A DNA stretch of 64,000 nucleotides from NCBI RefSeq assembly GCF_036588685.1, contig NC_086376.1:65782001-65846000 (forward strand), given 5' to 3'. Below are positions 49,719 through 62,073 of the stretch, one piece after another (within the stretch, counting starts at the first letter, position 1; the number at the start of each line of letters is the position of its first letter). The translations under genes were made by a program, and so were the position numbers. A model generated the notes under the pieces. It was not told the origin of the DNA and made no database searches. It saw nothing but the letters and a program-made list of their open reading frames with translations. The stretch is from Mytilus trossulus. Lineage: Eukaryota.

Positions 49719-52311
49719 ACACCAAACTTATCTCTGTATGGTGATATGGGCTGGATTCCATGCAATGTAAAGCAATGGACAGCTGTTTTTAGATTATGGT
49801 CCAGATTTTGTAAAATGGACAATGATAGATTGAACAAAAGAGTATTTATATGGTCATATAAGTATGGAAATAAGCCAATTAAAAACTGGTGCTTCAGAGT
49901 GATGACTAAGTTTAAAGAGTATAATCTTGAACCATATTGTAACTGTGATGTATTGTTAACTAAAAATGTAATTAAGGATATAGAATGCTTAGCTGTTGAT
50001 TTATATAAAACTGAATGGCATAATAAGTTGGTTTCGAATGAATATGCCAAACTTCGTACTTATAAATTATTTAAAACAGAATTTAGGGTAGAAAATTACA
50101 TTTGTAAAACTATTGCAGGAAAATATAGAAGTGCTTTTGCAAAATTTCGTTGTGGTGTTGCGCCCCTAAAAATTGAAACGGGCAGGTATCAGAACCTACC
50201 TATTAATGAACGCATATGTTTTAGTTGTAATGAAACCATAGAAGATGAGAAACATGTAATTTTGAAATGTCCACTATATGCAGATTTTCGTGCTGTGTTA
50301 TTTAGTCATGCTAATTCTTTTTGTCATGATTTTAATAGTATGTCAGATCATGGAAGTAATATATTGACAGGAACTCCAACAAGCGGACTTCAAACGTTTA
50401 TAGAGCGATGCCGCAAAATCGTTAAGTATCTGTTTATTAACTCAACATGTCTTATGGATGCATGGGTTCCGATCAAATTTTGGGAACCTCGTGAATGATC
50501 GTAATTACGGAACATACCGAAATAACCGGATGTGTACTTAATTGTCAAGGATATGACATTTACCGACCATGTGAATGACAAATATGTCAGTTTTTACGGG
50601 TATTAATGCAGAAACGGTATCCCCGCGACTGTTTTCACCAAATAAAAAAATAAAAAATAAAAACTGAAGAGTAAAAATACTCACAAGCCATAAACATTTC
50701 ATTTTAAATTGCAATCAATTTTAAAATAGTATAATAAGATTTTTATTCATGAGAGGGCCGTTGGCTGAGAGCGTAACTGTTAAATATATACATGTTAGGC
50801 TTGCAAATCATAAAATTATCATGTTAAGTAAACGGATTTTTTTTATCAGTAATTATTATCGCGTTTTACTGCTAACTTTGACAAACATTTTAATGAGGAC
50901 TGGTGTTTAATGAAAGAATTTCCAACAAAAATTAAAGACATTGTTTAATTTCTGAAGGTCCAAAGGCAAATATTTCATGCAATTAAACACGAAACATAAA
51001 CATAAATTGCTTAGCATAGGTGTAAGATGTTTCAGAACTGTTAAGCTTTACAACACAAAAAATAAATTCTAGTTTGGTTCCGTTGATAAAAAAAAACTGC
51101 TGAGGGCCCTTCATGACGATCGTTCTTAAATGCATCCAGAAATATTTTAAGTCATCCGTAAAAATAAATTTGTCAGACGTCAGAGTTATCTCGGACTAGG
51201 TTGAATGTTTAAGGTTTTTGAATTATGATAACATGTGTAACAATTCATCTGCATGTCTCGTAACCTGATATTGCTATTTAGAGGTCATCACACGCGTGTA
51301 ATATTATTAACCTCTTTTAGTCTTTAAAACATATTTGATAAATTATAGTTAATAACATTTTACCATATTTTACTATAGAGAAAACCATAAATGTTTGTGT
51401 TACACTCGATAAAAGTTTGCAATCTTTAACTTAAAATTTGAGTTATCTGGCAATATCTGGCATCTGACACGCGCATCACATTATTTTCTACAAACACTCT
51501 ACTTCAGAATCATGTAATTGTCATAATCGGATATTTCCCGATTTCCAAGTTCAAATGATTAAAACATGCTCAACAAAACTTAAATAATCTTGCCCTCTTT
51601 CCGAAAGCAGTTAATTTTCTTATGTTATTCTGTTATATGTGGACCGATTTTTTCTATCTTTTCAGCTTTGTTCATTATTTTTTGAACGGACACAGGTGTT
51701 GTTATTCATGTGGCGATTCACAAATAACCACGGGAGTTTCCGTGTTTATTTGCATTGTTAGGTAGATAAGACAATCGATATCAAATCACGTGATAAAACC
51801 AGCTTCAGTTAAAGAACAGGCGAAGGCGGCATCACAGATACCCCACAAAGGATTTATCACGTACTTGGCAAACTGAGTCGGAACCTTTTATTTTCTTAAA
51901 GAAATCAGTGGGATGGGAATGTGCTAATTTTTCGTTGGAGTTCCTGTCAATATATTACTTCCATGGTCAGATGATTATAAATTTGTATTTTTATTTAGTG
52001 ATGAAAATGTTTATTTTTACACTGCCAAAATCTGCTATGATATTTTACTGAAAAGAAAATGTTTATTATATTCTTAACATTTGTTTACTTTTAAACTGTT
52101 TTATGTTATTCTTAACATTTGTATACTTTTAATTTGTTTTATGTTTTATGTTTTATACATATGTAAATGTATATACCATTTTTTATAGTCTCTCATAACT
52201 CTTTTTAGAGTGGCTCTTGTTTTATATTGTAATATGTAAAGTGTAATATTATGTAAATGTTTTAGAAGAGGTGAGACTCAAATAAAATATTGTCTTGTCT
52301 TGTCTTGTCTT
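49719..52311 (+). mobile_element. 5'-truncated CR1/L2-group (Crack/Daphne-like) LINE interrupted by a P-like DNA element
   Basis: TPNLSLYGDMGW...KLRTYKLFK...AKFRCGVAPLKIETGRY...ERICFSC...EDEKHVILKCPLY (CCHC). The frame resumes after the insertion (DYKFVFLFSD...KRKCLLYS*). AATAAA and a (TCTTG)n tail follow at 52281-52311. Confidence 0.85.
50349..51965. mobile_element. Non-autonomous P-superfamily-like DNA transposon, 1617 bp
   Basis: Perfect 32-bp TIRs CATGGAAGTAATATATTGACAGGAACTCCAAC; 7-bp TSD GTCAGAT (50342-50348 and 51966-51972). CA-termini and a 7-8 bp TSD fit the P superfamily. Confidence 0.85.
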
Positions 52312-52356
52312 ACTGTTGCTGATTAAAAATATGCTTTGGAAACATATCTTATTTAA

Positions 52357-52634
52357 GGTAGTACCTAACACCTGAACTAAAATGAATTTGGCTTGTTTAA
52401 TTTTCTTAAAATTTTGACAAAGTATTAACTTTGACCCTTTGACAAAAATATAAAAAAAATCAAAAAAAATTGAACCAACCGTTTAATCAGAAAAAATACA
52501 CTGGTTATATAGCAATTTGACAAACACTTATTTTGATCATTGAGAAGCTTATAAATATTCCCTTAAGAACACAATGTCATTAAAACGTTCTTTTGATTAT
52601 ACAGAGTTATCTCCCTGTAGTGTTAGGTACCACC
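52357..52634. mobile_element. Kolobok-like MITE, 278 bp
   Basis: TIR GGT(A/G)GTACCTAACAC, TTAA on both sides, GG...CC termini. Confidence 0.7.
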
Positions 52635-53882
52635 TTAACTATCAACTATAAACCATAATTTATCATTTGAATTATTACAAATATTTAATTTTTTTAAACA
52701 AACAGCTTTAAATTGATAATTAAATTGCACATGCATGAAATATATTTGAATGCTAAAGATTATTGAATTAAAGTTTAAATACTAAGTAAAATACTTTAAA
52801 TTCAGAAATAATTGCAAGATTTTTATTAAAATGCATTATTGCAAATAATGCAACTGAATAAGTATCCCAATAATATGAACCTGCATTCTGATATCTGATG
52901 CATATTTATATGAAGCTTTTTCTGAAACCGCAATAATTAATCATGCATTTATGTCAATTCTTTATAATTTGCAATAATAAATGCACATAATAACATCTAT
53001 ATTAGCCGTTGTATATTAATACATATGCTGTATATACGCTTCTTAAAAATATTAAATATGAAAAATGTGAACATAAACCCTGAGTTACAATAAACAAGTA
53101 AACTGATTTGTTATATATAATTTGCATAAAAATATGTAAAGTACATGTACATCTTATCAGCCGTCTATTTTCACATGATTGTACAGTTTTATCTAAATGA
53201 CTTTCACATATAGTTCACAAGTTTATTTTGCTATCTATTCTAATTAAAGCAATATTATAACACTTATAAGCTAGTTACACATTATATTTATCTTGAAATC
53301 ATTAAAAAACTTTACTCAAATTATTCCTTTAACTACAAGAGGGTTCAAAACCCACAATTTTGTAAAAACAACCACACTACATAAACAACAAAACATACAA
53401 TATCAGAATTCAATTCATTATTGCATAATGATTATGTCACCTTTTACATAGTTATTTCTGAAATCTGCTTCGATCTTCCTGTGTGATAATTATCCATCTC
53501 AAGGTACTAAAGTGATAATAACTTTTGTCAGTCAAGAAGTGAGATTACAATGGCTTCACAATGAAGAATTTAAGAAAATAGCAATAAAATGATTAACTAT
53601 GGTCTCTCAACTGCAGGATCTCATCTCAGGGCTATTGCTCTTCAATGACATTTTAACCCAAAAATTTTCTTTCTTTTTCAAAATCATAGATAAAGTGTAA
53701 TTGTTTTTAGAATTTGTAAAGAATCTATATGAATATGGAACATGATGTACAAAACCAATAATACAAAAACAAAACCCTCTAACATCTCTCTAAATATCAT
53801 AATTGTGAATCGAGTATAATGATAAAAAAATGTTGAATGGATGGAATGAGATTGTATCCCAAAGTTCTAGTGACCATTATAA

Positions 53883-56800
53883 TCAACTACTAAAATCAGG
53901 ATTATATTCAGAATACATGAGACCTGTTGATGAAATGGCATCTCCTAAACCGACAGTTCTCAAAGGATGATTGCAAACTAAAACTGGACTAAAAACAAAC
54001 TTATAACCTCCTAATTCCCATGATAAAACAGGATTAAATTCATCAAATTCTCTATCTTCATCTCCTGTAAATCGTTTAAATGTTCTAGGAATTCTTAATT
54101 TGACTTTTTCTGGTTGAATAGTTTTCATATCACATGCTTGTTCTCCAGCTGTTCTTGTTCCAGCAGCCACAGCCTCTTTACTGTTGTGCCACGCCCCTTT
54201 CACGGTTCCAATTATATGAAATGTTAATGAGTGAAAATGAACTCTTGTTAGTTTACTTTCTTGATTGTCTTCAGAATATCCAAATGTCTTTAATATCCAT
54301 AAGACCATGTCTGTAACTTTGTGAATTTCGGGCTGCCCTTCTCTTTCCTGGAAATCATTTTTATGTGGACCATCTGCTGCATGTGAGGAAAATGATAGCT
54401 CTTGTTCATTTAATCCCAATGATGAAATATGTGGTGCCACCTGAAACAAATGTAAAATAACAAGATTTGTTTACCATTTAACAAGTGTGCATTTAATTAA
54501 CTTAATCACAAACATTTTAATTTTTTATTTCTTTATTTTTTAATTTTTTTTATAGATTTAGTTTGTTGCACACTTGGTGTTTAATGCCAAGTTCAGCTAC
54601 CTTGGCTATACTTATCATGGTGGCCAGTTTCTATTGATTGAGGAAGCTGGAAACCCAAGAGAACCACCAACCTTCAGCAGTAAAACTATTGATCCTTGTC
54701 ATTTCAAATAGTCATTATATGATAATAAAAAGAATAATTACATCTATAAACCAATATAGCCTACACTTTTGTTTCTCAAAGACTAAAACATACATACCTC
54801 TTCCAAAATTTTCTTTACAAAATCTTTATGAGCCATACTAGCTAGTTCTAGATGTACTGGAAGTGTTATAGGTAATGTCTTCAATCCTTCTTTAACAACA
54901 GCCAATCTCTGGGAGAAAAACTCATCACTTTGACCCTCTAACATATGTAGACCTGACAGTAAAATAATATCAGGACTAAAATTTTCTAAATTTTCAAAAA
55001 ATGTTTCCAACATGGTAGCTTTAGAATTTGATTCGTCATAGCTTGTGATGAATCTAGTTGCTACTGGAGCTGTATGTGAGCCCCAGGTCTCATCAACTTT
55101 ATATTCCATAATCAGATGGATTTCATCATGAGGAATGTGACTGCTCTCAGGAATGGTAAAAGATTCTGGAAATAGCTCTTTGAGTTTTGGTCCCACTGGT
55201 CCAATGTATTGTATCTACAAAGTAATAATCAAAATTATAAATATTTACTGAGTTTAACTGAGCCACACATGTACATTTAGCAACAATTGTTTTGCCAAGA
55301 AAACCTTTTTGATAAAATTTTGATTTAAAACAAATGTCTCCCTAAATTATCTTGGACATGCATGATCTCCTCCTGTCACAACAAAAGAGGATGGTCAAGA
55401 ACTACAAATGATATGTTCAGCATTTCAATTAACTGATTGCAAACAAGCACATTTTACCAATCTGTGTCCTTTATGTAAAGATGGCTATTGTGTTTCTGCA
55501 GGTTTCTTTGCATTTTTTTTCTTATATTTTCAAACTTTTTAATCTATAATATGTTGAAGAACACCTTTGGGTGCGAGAGTTTCTCGCTGCATTGAAGACC
55601 TAATGGTGATCTTCTGCTATTGTCTGTTCTATGGTCAGGTTGTTGTCTCTTTGACACATTCCCCATTTCCATTCTCAAGTTTATCTCTTTTTCAAGTAAG
55701 TTATTGTGTTTCTTTGTTTCTCTGTCTTTATAGTCAAACTTTTTTTCTGACATTATCATACCTTAACATCAGGAAACATTTCTATGATTTTTGTAGCCAT
55801 TAAAGCTGCATTGCCTCCTATGTAAACCTGGAAAACAAAACAGATTATATTTCACCTTAAAATCTCAAAACCAAATTCATTCTTTAGTTGGCCTTATGTA
55901 ATTTAATTGTAACCAAATGTTAAAAATAAAGCATAAATGGAAAATAAACATCCTACTCATTACACACCAATAAAGCATGATTTCAGATTTATATTTAATA
56001 GAACATGCAAAAAAATGTGATAAAGTAATGGAATTTGTATAATCTTGTAACAGCTGAATTAGATGACTAATAGTTCTTACAAGAAAATTAATAGTTTTCT
56101 GTAAAGAATCTGTTATCAAGATAAAGGTGGTAAAAAGACTTACACTAAGCTCCTGCACAATTATTAATTGAGACATAAATAGATGACAGGCCAGAAGGAC
56201 AAGAACAAAATTAAGAATGTGATTTTTAAAAGAAGGGAGACAATTATCTATCTTTCTCTTTCAGAAGTAATATTACAATAGAGACATATAACTTATGATA
56301 AAATATTAGCAAGTATCCAGTATTCAAAGATACAAAACAAATTGTACTAAATTTTTCACTGGGTTCCTAAATTTTTGCTTAAAATGTCCATAGGGCATAT
56401 TTCAATCTTTCATTTTGTGGAAGGATGGACCCCAACATTGAAAACATCTGTTTCCTTGATATAATACACTTCAATGAAAACATTATGAAAATTGTAATAT
56501 TTAAGAGTCATCATGTAACTACATTTTCATTTCTAAATTACTTACTATTGCATTCATCTGAATATCATATCCTCCCCGAAAAGGTATTGTTAGTTTATTT
56601 TAACAAATGTAACCACACCCCCAAAAAATATTATCATTTTATTTTTAACCCTCTTATATAAGCATGATAAAAAAAAAACCACTGAAATGTTTTACCTGTA
56701 AATCATCTAATTTTTCAGCAGCATTTGTTATTTGCCTGAATACATCTTTATCCATAAAGCTCCTTTCTGCTGCAGCACCTTTGGAAAAGAAGTGAGAAAA

Positions 56801-59800
56801 GGTCTGTTGAAGATGGTCTAAGCTATGTAAAGTTTCGTGATTGGTCTTGTCACCTGGTTCCACATTTAAAGATTGTAGTAACTTTGTTCCTGGTACTATG
56901 TAGTCAAGATTAGAGTTGCAGCTGAAAAATATAAATATTTTATTCAAATTGATCTGAGGAGATGTGGCAGTATATATTTATAAGACTCACACCTAACTAA
57001 TAAAAAAAAATCTGGAGGACAACAAACAGACACTTAATTTGTTGTCCATACAATTTGACCAGTTATTACTATTCCTATTTCAAAAGAGTATTACAAAAAA
57101 ATCTGAATTTTGAGTCAATTCATAATTGAATGTAAAACTATTCCCTTTCTCTACAAACAGCACTGGATCATAAAACTTTCTTACAAGTCAAAAATTTAAT
57201 CCCATTCAAAAAGATCTGTATATATTCATGCCGCTTCAATTTGACTCTTAGTTAGATATAATATTAATAGGTTGTGCATGATCAGGACTTGAAAACAATG
57301 TTAACATTAAAGAGTGAAACAATGGAGCAACTAGGAAGAATCATTTTGTTGAGCAATTCTACCCCAAAATTATAAGTACATGTATAACAAATAAAGTGTA
57401 AATTGGGTCATACATGTACATGTCAAAATGAATATCTGCATTCTGCTGAGGTCATTTGTAGGTTAATTAGATAATGTCTTGTCCAAATTACTGACAAAAA
57501 GCTAATTCATTATAACAGTTTCTTTTAGCATTTTGTAATTTTGATATGCTTTTTATAATAAGTATCATGTTATAAATCAAACATAAGAATTTGTTTCAAA
57601 TTAGTAAATAAATTTGACAGGTTCTGACCCTTTAAAAGACAGATTTCAGTGTATTTAAATTATATATTACATCAACTACATGTATGCACTAGAAGGCTTG
57701 CACTAGTGTAGGATAGATTGAGATAGCTTTGTAATATGATGTCCTGTTTTTTTAGCATCCACTTTTCCATACTTAAACAAATACCTTTCAGACATGAAAC
57801 TATTGATAATTTCACATTCATCTGTTACAAGTTCAAATAAAAAAAGTGCTTTCTACCTCAAGATAAAATAACAAATATTTGAAAGGACACCCTTGATAAT
57901 TTCAGTCCATTTTTCCATTTTAATATGAACTTCATATATTTGTTACACCAATCACTCCATGTTGAGTGGAAGTGATTTGACTTCATTGTCTTGATTAATG
58001 TCTGTTTTTATAAATTTCTGACAAAACAGTGTCTAGATTAGAACACACAGGGACATAGTCTAACAATGAATATTACTTCCTTGTATAACTGGACTATCTA
58101 TGAAAGAATAAAGGATAACAGTAAATACGTTAAGCCTATACCCTTAGGAGGTAGTCCTCCTATTCCTTTAACATTTTGTTGTTTAAGCGATTTTTTACAA
58201 TTTCCAAATTTGATCTACATGTACATTTTTTGTAGAAGGGCAATAAAGTTGTCATATTTTTAAAACAATACATTTTGAAACTGTTTATGGACCATTAATT
58301 GCTAAATTGAACTTCCTGCTGTCAACATGGTTCAGTTTGTCAACTTTAAAAAAAAAAGAAGGTAGAAATCCATACCTTTTTTTTTTAACTTCACAAACTG
58401 AACAATCTTGACTATGAAAGGGTCATAAGGTTGTTAAAATCACAACCTCAGGTAGCATTTGAGAGGGGTTCTGATCCCCAAATCCCCATACCTGCCAACT
58501 TTTGAAAATGCCCATGGGGGTTTTAGCGGGGGACAACAATTTCAAAGTTTAAAATTCTTTGCGACGACTATTTTGCGCGTGCTGTTTTGTAGTCTAGAAA
58601 AAGTGTCATATTTGCATGATTTGTAAGATGAGCTTACATCCCTTTTTTTAAGTTTATTTGCATGATTCTAGTTATTATATCAGCAGAAAATATGAACATG
58701 TAGCTGTAAGACCAGGAATTATTTTCATGTGTAAGGATACTAAATAGTTGTTGACTTTTCCAATTTAAAATTATACACAAAGAAGGACCTTTATCAGGTT
58801 GGGAACAACACATAGGGATCCCCCTCAATGTTAGGACATTAAAAACCACTTTTAAAGTACAAATGAGCACACATTCATATGCATATTATTTGAAGAAACT
58901 TTTCCCAAAGAACTATACATCTTATGACCTATCTGGTATTATATGGTCAACACATGTCCAAGAATTTTGATATGTTCTTGGCCTTATATCTTCTTTATTA
59001 TTCAAAATAATAGGACTCTTCATTTAGAAAAGCTGTTCCAAATATAATGTCAGAATTTCCCATTTTAAAGTTAATAAATCTACATTTTTCTATTTTATTT
59101 TTTACAAGAGTGACCCCTTGACTAAGGGTAGTCCCTCATTTAAGGGATTCCTCATGTTGATCATGATGTTGGTATGGGGGTCCATGTGAAAAATAATGAA
59201 TAGTACATTATACTTTAAATGATTGAATACATACATGAAAGTATGTTACAGCAAGTGTATATGTAATGTCAATAAATTAGTGAATTTATTATATTCATGG
59301 TACTACTGCATCATTGAAGTTTGTCAATCAGCCATGCTTTTATTCTTATTCTGTGTAAGAACCTCCTTGCAGTTGAAAAATCATTTGCCATGTTCATGTT
59401 TTTACATCAACAAACAGTGGAATACAACACAAGTTCAATATCTAGCATGTTACAACAATCTTGAGAGAAAACGTTTTTGATTGGCTGATTAATTTGATCA
59501 TGAGAAACACACAATTTGATTGGCTGAACACGATTTTCCTCCATTAGACACAGTTCAAAATCGGGAACAACAATATTTTTCGTGTAGATTTTCACCAAAT
59601 CGTGTTTTAGAGGGTTTTTCAGGAACACGATCGTGCAATCGTGACTAAGGGTCAAAATCGTGTAGTACACGCCTAAATCGTGAAAGTTGGCAGGTATAAA
59701 TCCCGGGTTTAAAAACCCAAAATCCCGAAATCTTGGGCTTAAAAATATGAAATCCAGAGGTCCCGAAATTCGAAAAAAAGAATTCCCGGATCCCATAAGG

Positions 59801-61807
59801 GTCAATCCCAAAATCCCGAGCTTAAAAACACCTGATCCCGGAGTCCCGATAAAGGTCCTATCCCCCCTCATTTGAGCAAAAGGGTTAAATGATTTTTGAG
59901 GTATTACTTTCATATTTTAAAATTTCTCTAACTTAATTGTGAAACCAAACAATGGATGCTGTATATATAGAAGATAACAAAGGAGGATTTAGGGGGTAGG
60001 GCCCCCTTTTTGGGAAAAATTTTTGTTGCTTATATAGGGAATCACTGAAACGTGACTGAAGCGGGCTCCCTCTAAGGTCAGTCAGTGGACCCCCACTTAT
60101 GAAAATTCCTGGATCCGCCACTGGATAACACTTTGAAATATTTGGCTGTATTTGTGTCAGATGACACTTGATATGCCTACAAATAATTTTCTGATGACAG
60201 ACAACCACTTTTTAATTGTAATGTAAAATATTTTAAATTGTGACATTAGACAATCAACATAAATGACATCCTTGTTCAATTGGTCTTGACTATGATACAT
60301 AAGCACTGTGAAATATGTATAAAAGGACAAAGGCACCAATTTGAGAGTTGTCAATGTAAATTTTATCACTTAGTGGGTATATAGTCCGAGATTACTGTGA
60401 AAACTGTCTAAAATTGAGAAAATAAAGGGTGGCAGGTAGGTAAACTTACATATAGAGATACAATGTAAACAGATAAAATAAAAATGAACAAATTGATACC
60501 AAATTTATATAATTCCAAGGCTGTCCTTTGGCAACAGAACAGACAAAGCAGCACAATTAATTTGGTTGGGCAAATATCCACGTTTTTATATGGGATGAGC
60601 TCTGACGTCCCACGGCCCAAGCTTGTCTGGCAAAACAGCCATTGGACGTCAGAGTAATCTCGGACTAGTAAGTACATTTGTAAAGTGATAGACCAAATTA
60701 AATGTATCTGTCGTTCAAAAGTGTTTTTTTTGGATGGTGCTTTTGTGACCACCATCCCCCCAAAAAAGAAGCTTTTAGCACCATCCTAAATAAAGCTTTT
60801 GAAGGACAGATAAATGTAATTGGGGGGTGGGTCTTTTCACCACCGAACACCACTGCACACCACCGAACACCCCAAAAACTACAAACCACTAAGAAAAACT
60901 GTGATATTATACAATAAAACGATAAAAACAAATTAGATTACGTATCATTTAATCAATTTTCAGATTTTTGTGGGCATCATTTTTATGTTAAAATCGATAA
61001 TCAATATAAGGAAAAACGTCTCCGGATTCATCACTCCGGAATTCATTGTGGGTGTTATTAAAATAATAAATTTCAAATATATTCATAAATACAATGTAGT
61101 AATCAGTTCAAGTATCCTCGATCTCTGTTCTCGGTTAGATTTTGATATTTGTCTCTTTTCTTATTATTTGTACAACTATTTCAGAAGAGATAGAAGAAGA
61201 CAAAAATATATTTGAAGTGTCCATGGGGGGTCTGTGAAGTTCAAAAAGTGGGGTGTTATAGTCTCTCCCTTTCTGTGTTGTGTAGATATTTGGACTCTTC
61301 ATCTTCTGGTTTGTTGAATTAATACCTTAAATATTATATTTAAGTAACATTTAAAACGATAAAAAACAAATAATACACTTTTGGGGTGTTCGGTGGTGTT
61401 CGGCGGTGTGCAGTGGTGTTTGGTGGTGAAAAGACCTACCGGTAATTCGGTCTTCTATAGTGAGAGCTCAGAGGGTGCTTACATTTTGCGTGTGAATAAT
61501 TTCACCAAAATTGGTCATCATTCATGACTGTCATATCATAGCATGCATGCTCTTAGAAGTATTTTCTGCTGATTTAACATATGATTTGTCAGATAATGTA
61601 AGCTTTAATTTGTGTAAACTAATGATTTCCTTACCCAACGACAAGTCTTTGGAATTTTTTCGTTGGAGGCTTAATGATTTTTTGCCAGGCGATGACAATT
61701 CTTGTTTCTGTTGGATTGACTACTTCTACCACTGTTGGGAACCATTTTGAATATAAAACAGCCAGAAAAATAACCACTAGAGCTACAGATAAAGTTTTGG
61801 GAAACAT
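53883..61807 (-). CDS. ADPGK: ADP-dependent glucokinase, 479 aa, 5 exons: 61807-61635, 56921-56696, 55827-55762, 55214-54798, 54440-53883
   Basis: N-terminal hydrophobic anchor MFPKTLSVALVVIFLAVLY; motifs VVGCNSNLD, FFSKGAAAER, YIGGNAALMA, GPVGPKL, DEIHLIMEY, SGLHMLEG, HLELASMA, SSLGLNEQEL, RVHFHSLTFH and ribokinase-type TVGLGDAISS. All introns GT-AG and phase-consistent; 1440 nt. Confidence 0.96.
58461..59869. mobile_element. Sola-like MITE with internal AAATCCCG repeats, host of a nested 1.2-kb TIR element
   Basis: GAG...CTC termini, 4-bp TSD ATTT (58457-58460 and 59870-59873), tandem aaatcccg units at 59698-59850. Confidence 0.55.
58487..59697. mobile_element. Unclassified non-autonomous TIR DNA transposon (~1.2 kb) nested in the Sola-like MITE
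   Basis: TIRs CATACCTGCCAACTTT / AAAGTTGGCAGGTAT with direct flank (A)AATCCC on both sides (6-7 bp TSD). Confidence 0.7.
59978..60123. mobile_element. Short GC-rich MITE (CAGTGGCGGATCC-type end)
   Basis: Right end GGATCCGCCACTG with a decayed left end; a similar decayed copy lies at ~13166-13282. Confidence 0.45.
60825..61441. mobile_element. Mutator-like (MULE) MITE, 617 bp, in ADPGK intron 1
   Basis: Long TIRs (GGTCTTTTCACCACCGAACACC...) and 9-bp TSD GTAATTGGG/GTAATTCGG. Confidence 0.7.
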
Positions 61808-62073
61808 GATGCCAACTCAACATTCATTAACCGGTGCCCAACAACACCCCGCCGGAAAATAAAACAATAAAATATAATCCGCTGGAAAATCGCATCTTTC
61901 TAATATTCAAAACCATTTTTCATAAACTGTAAATTTCATTATGGATGAAAAATAACAAAAGAGATAAGATTTATTATAGTTCAAGAAAAATATGGGTTGA
62001 TTTTTAATCTGAAAGTAGAGAAATTTACTAAAACTTTTCACTTCCGGTGAAATTATTCCGCATAATTGTAAAC
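61808..62073. promoter_or_regulatory. Bidirectional promoter between ADPGK and metaxin
   Basis: Only 266 bp separate the divergent start codons. ETS/GABP-type motif CACTTCCGGT at 62039-62048 and a CCGGAA core near 61852. Confidence 0.7.

Noticed and set aside
49746-50498. 250-aa ORF as a host gene
   Set aside because: It is a LINE ORF2 C-terminus reading into the TIR of an inserted DNA element.
59407-59913. 168-aa and 62-aa ORFs with G/P periodicity
   Set aside because: Artefacts of AAATCCCG tandem repeats inside nested MITEs.
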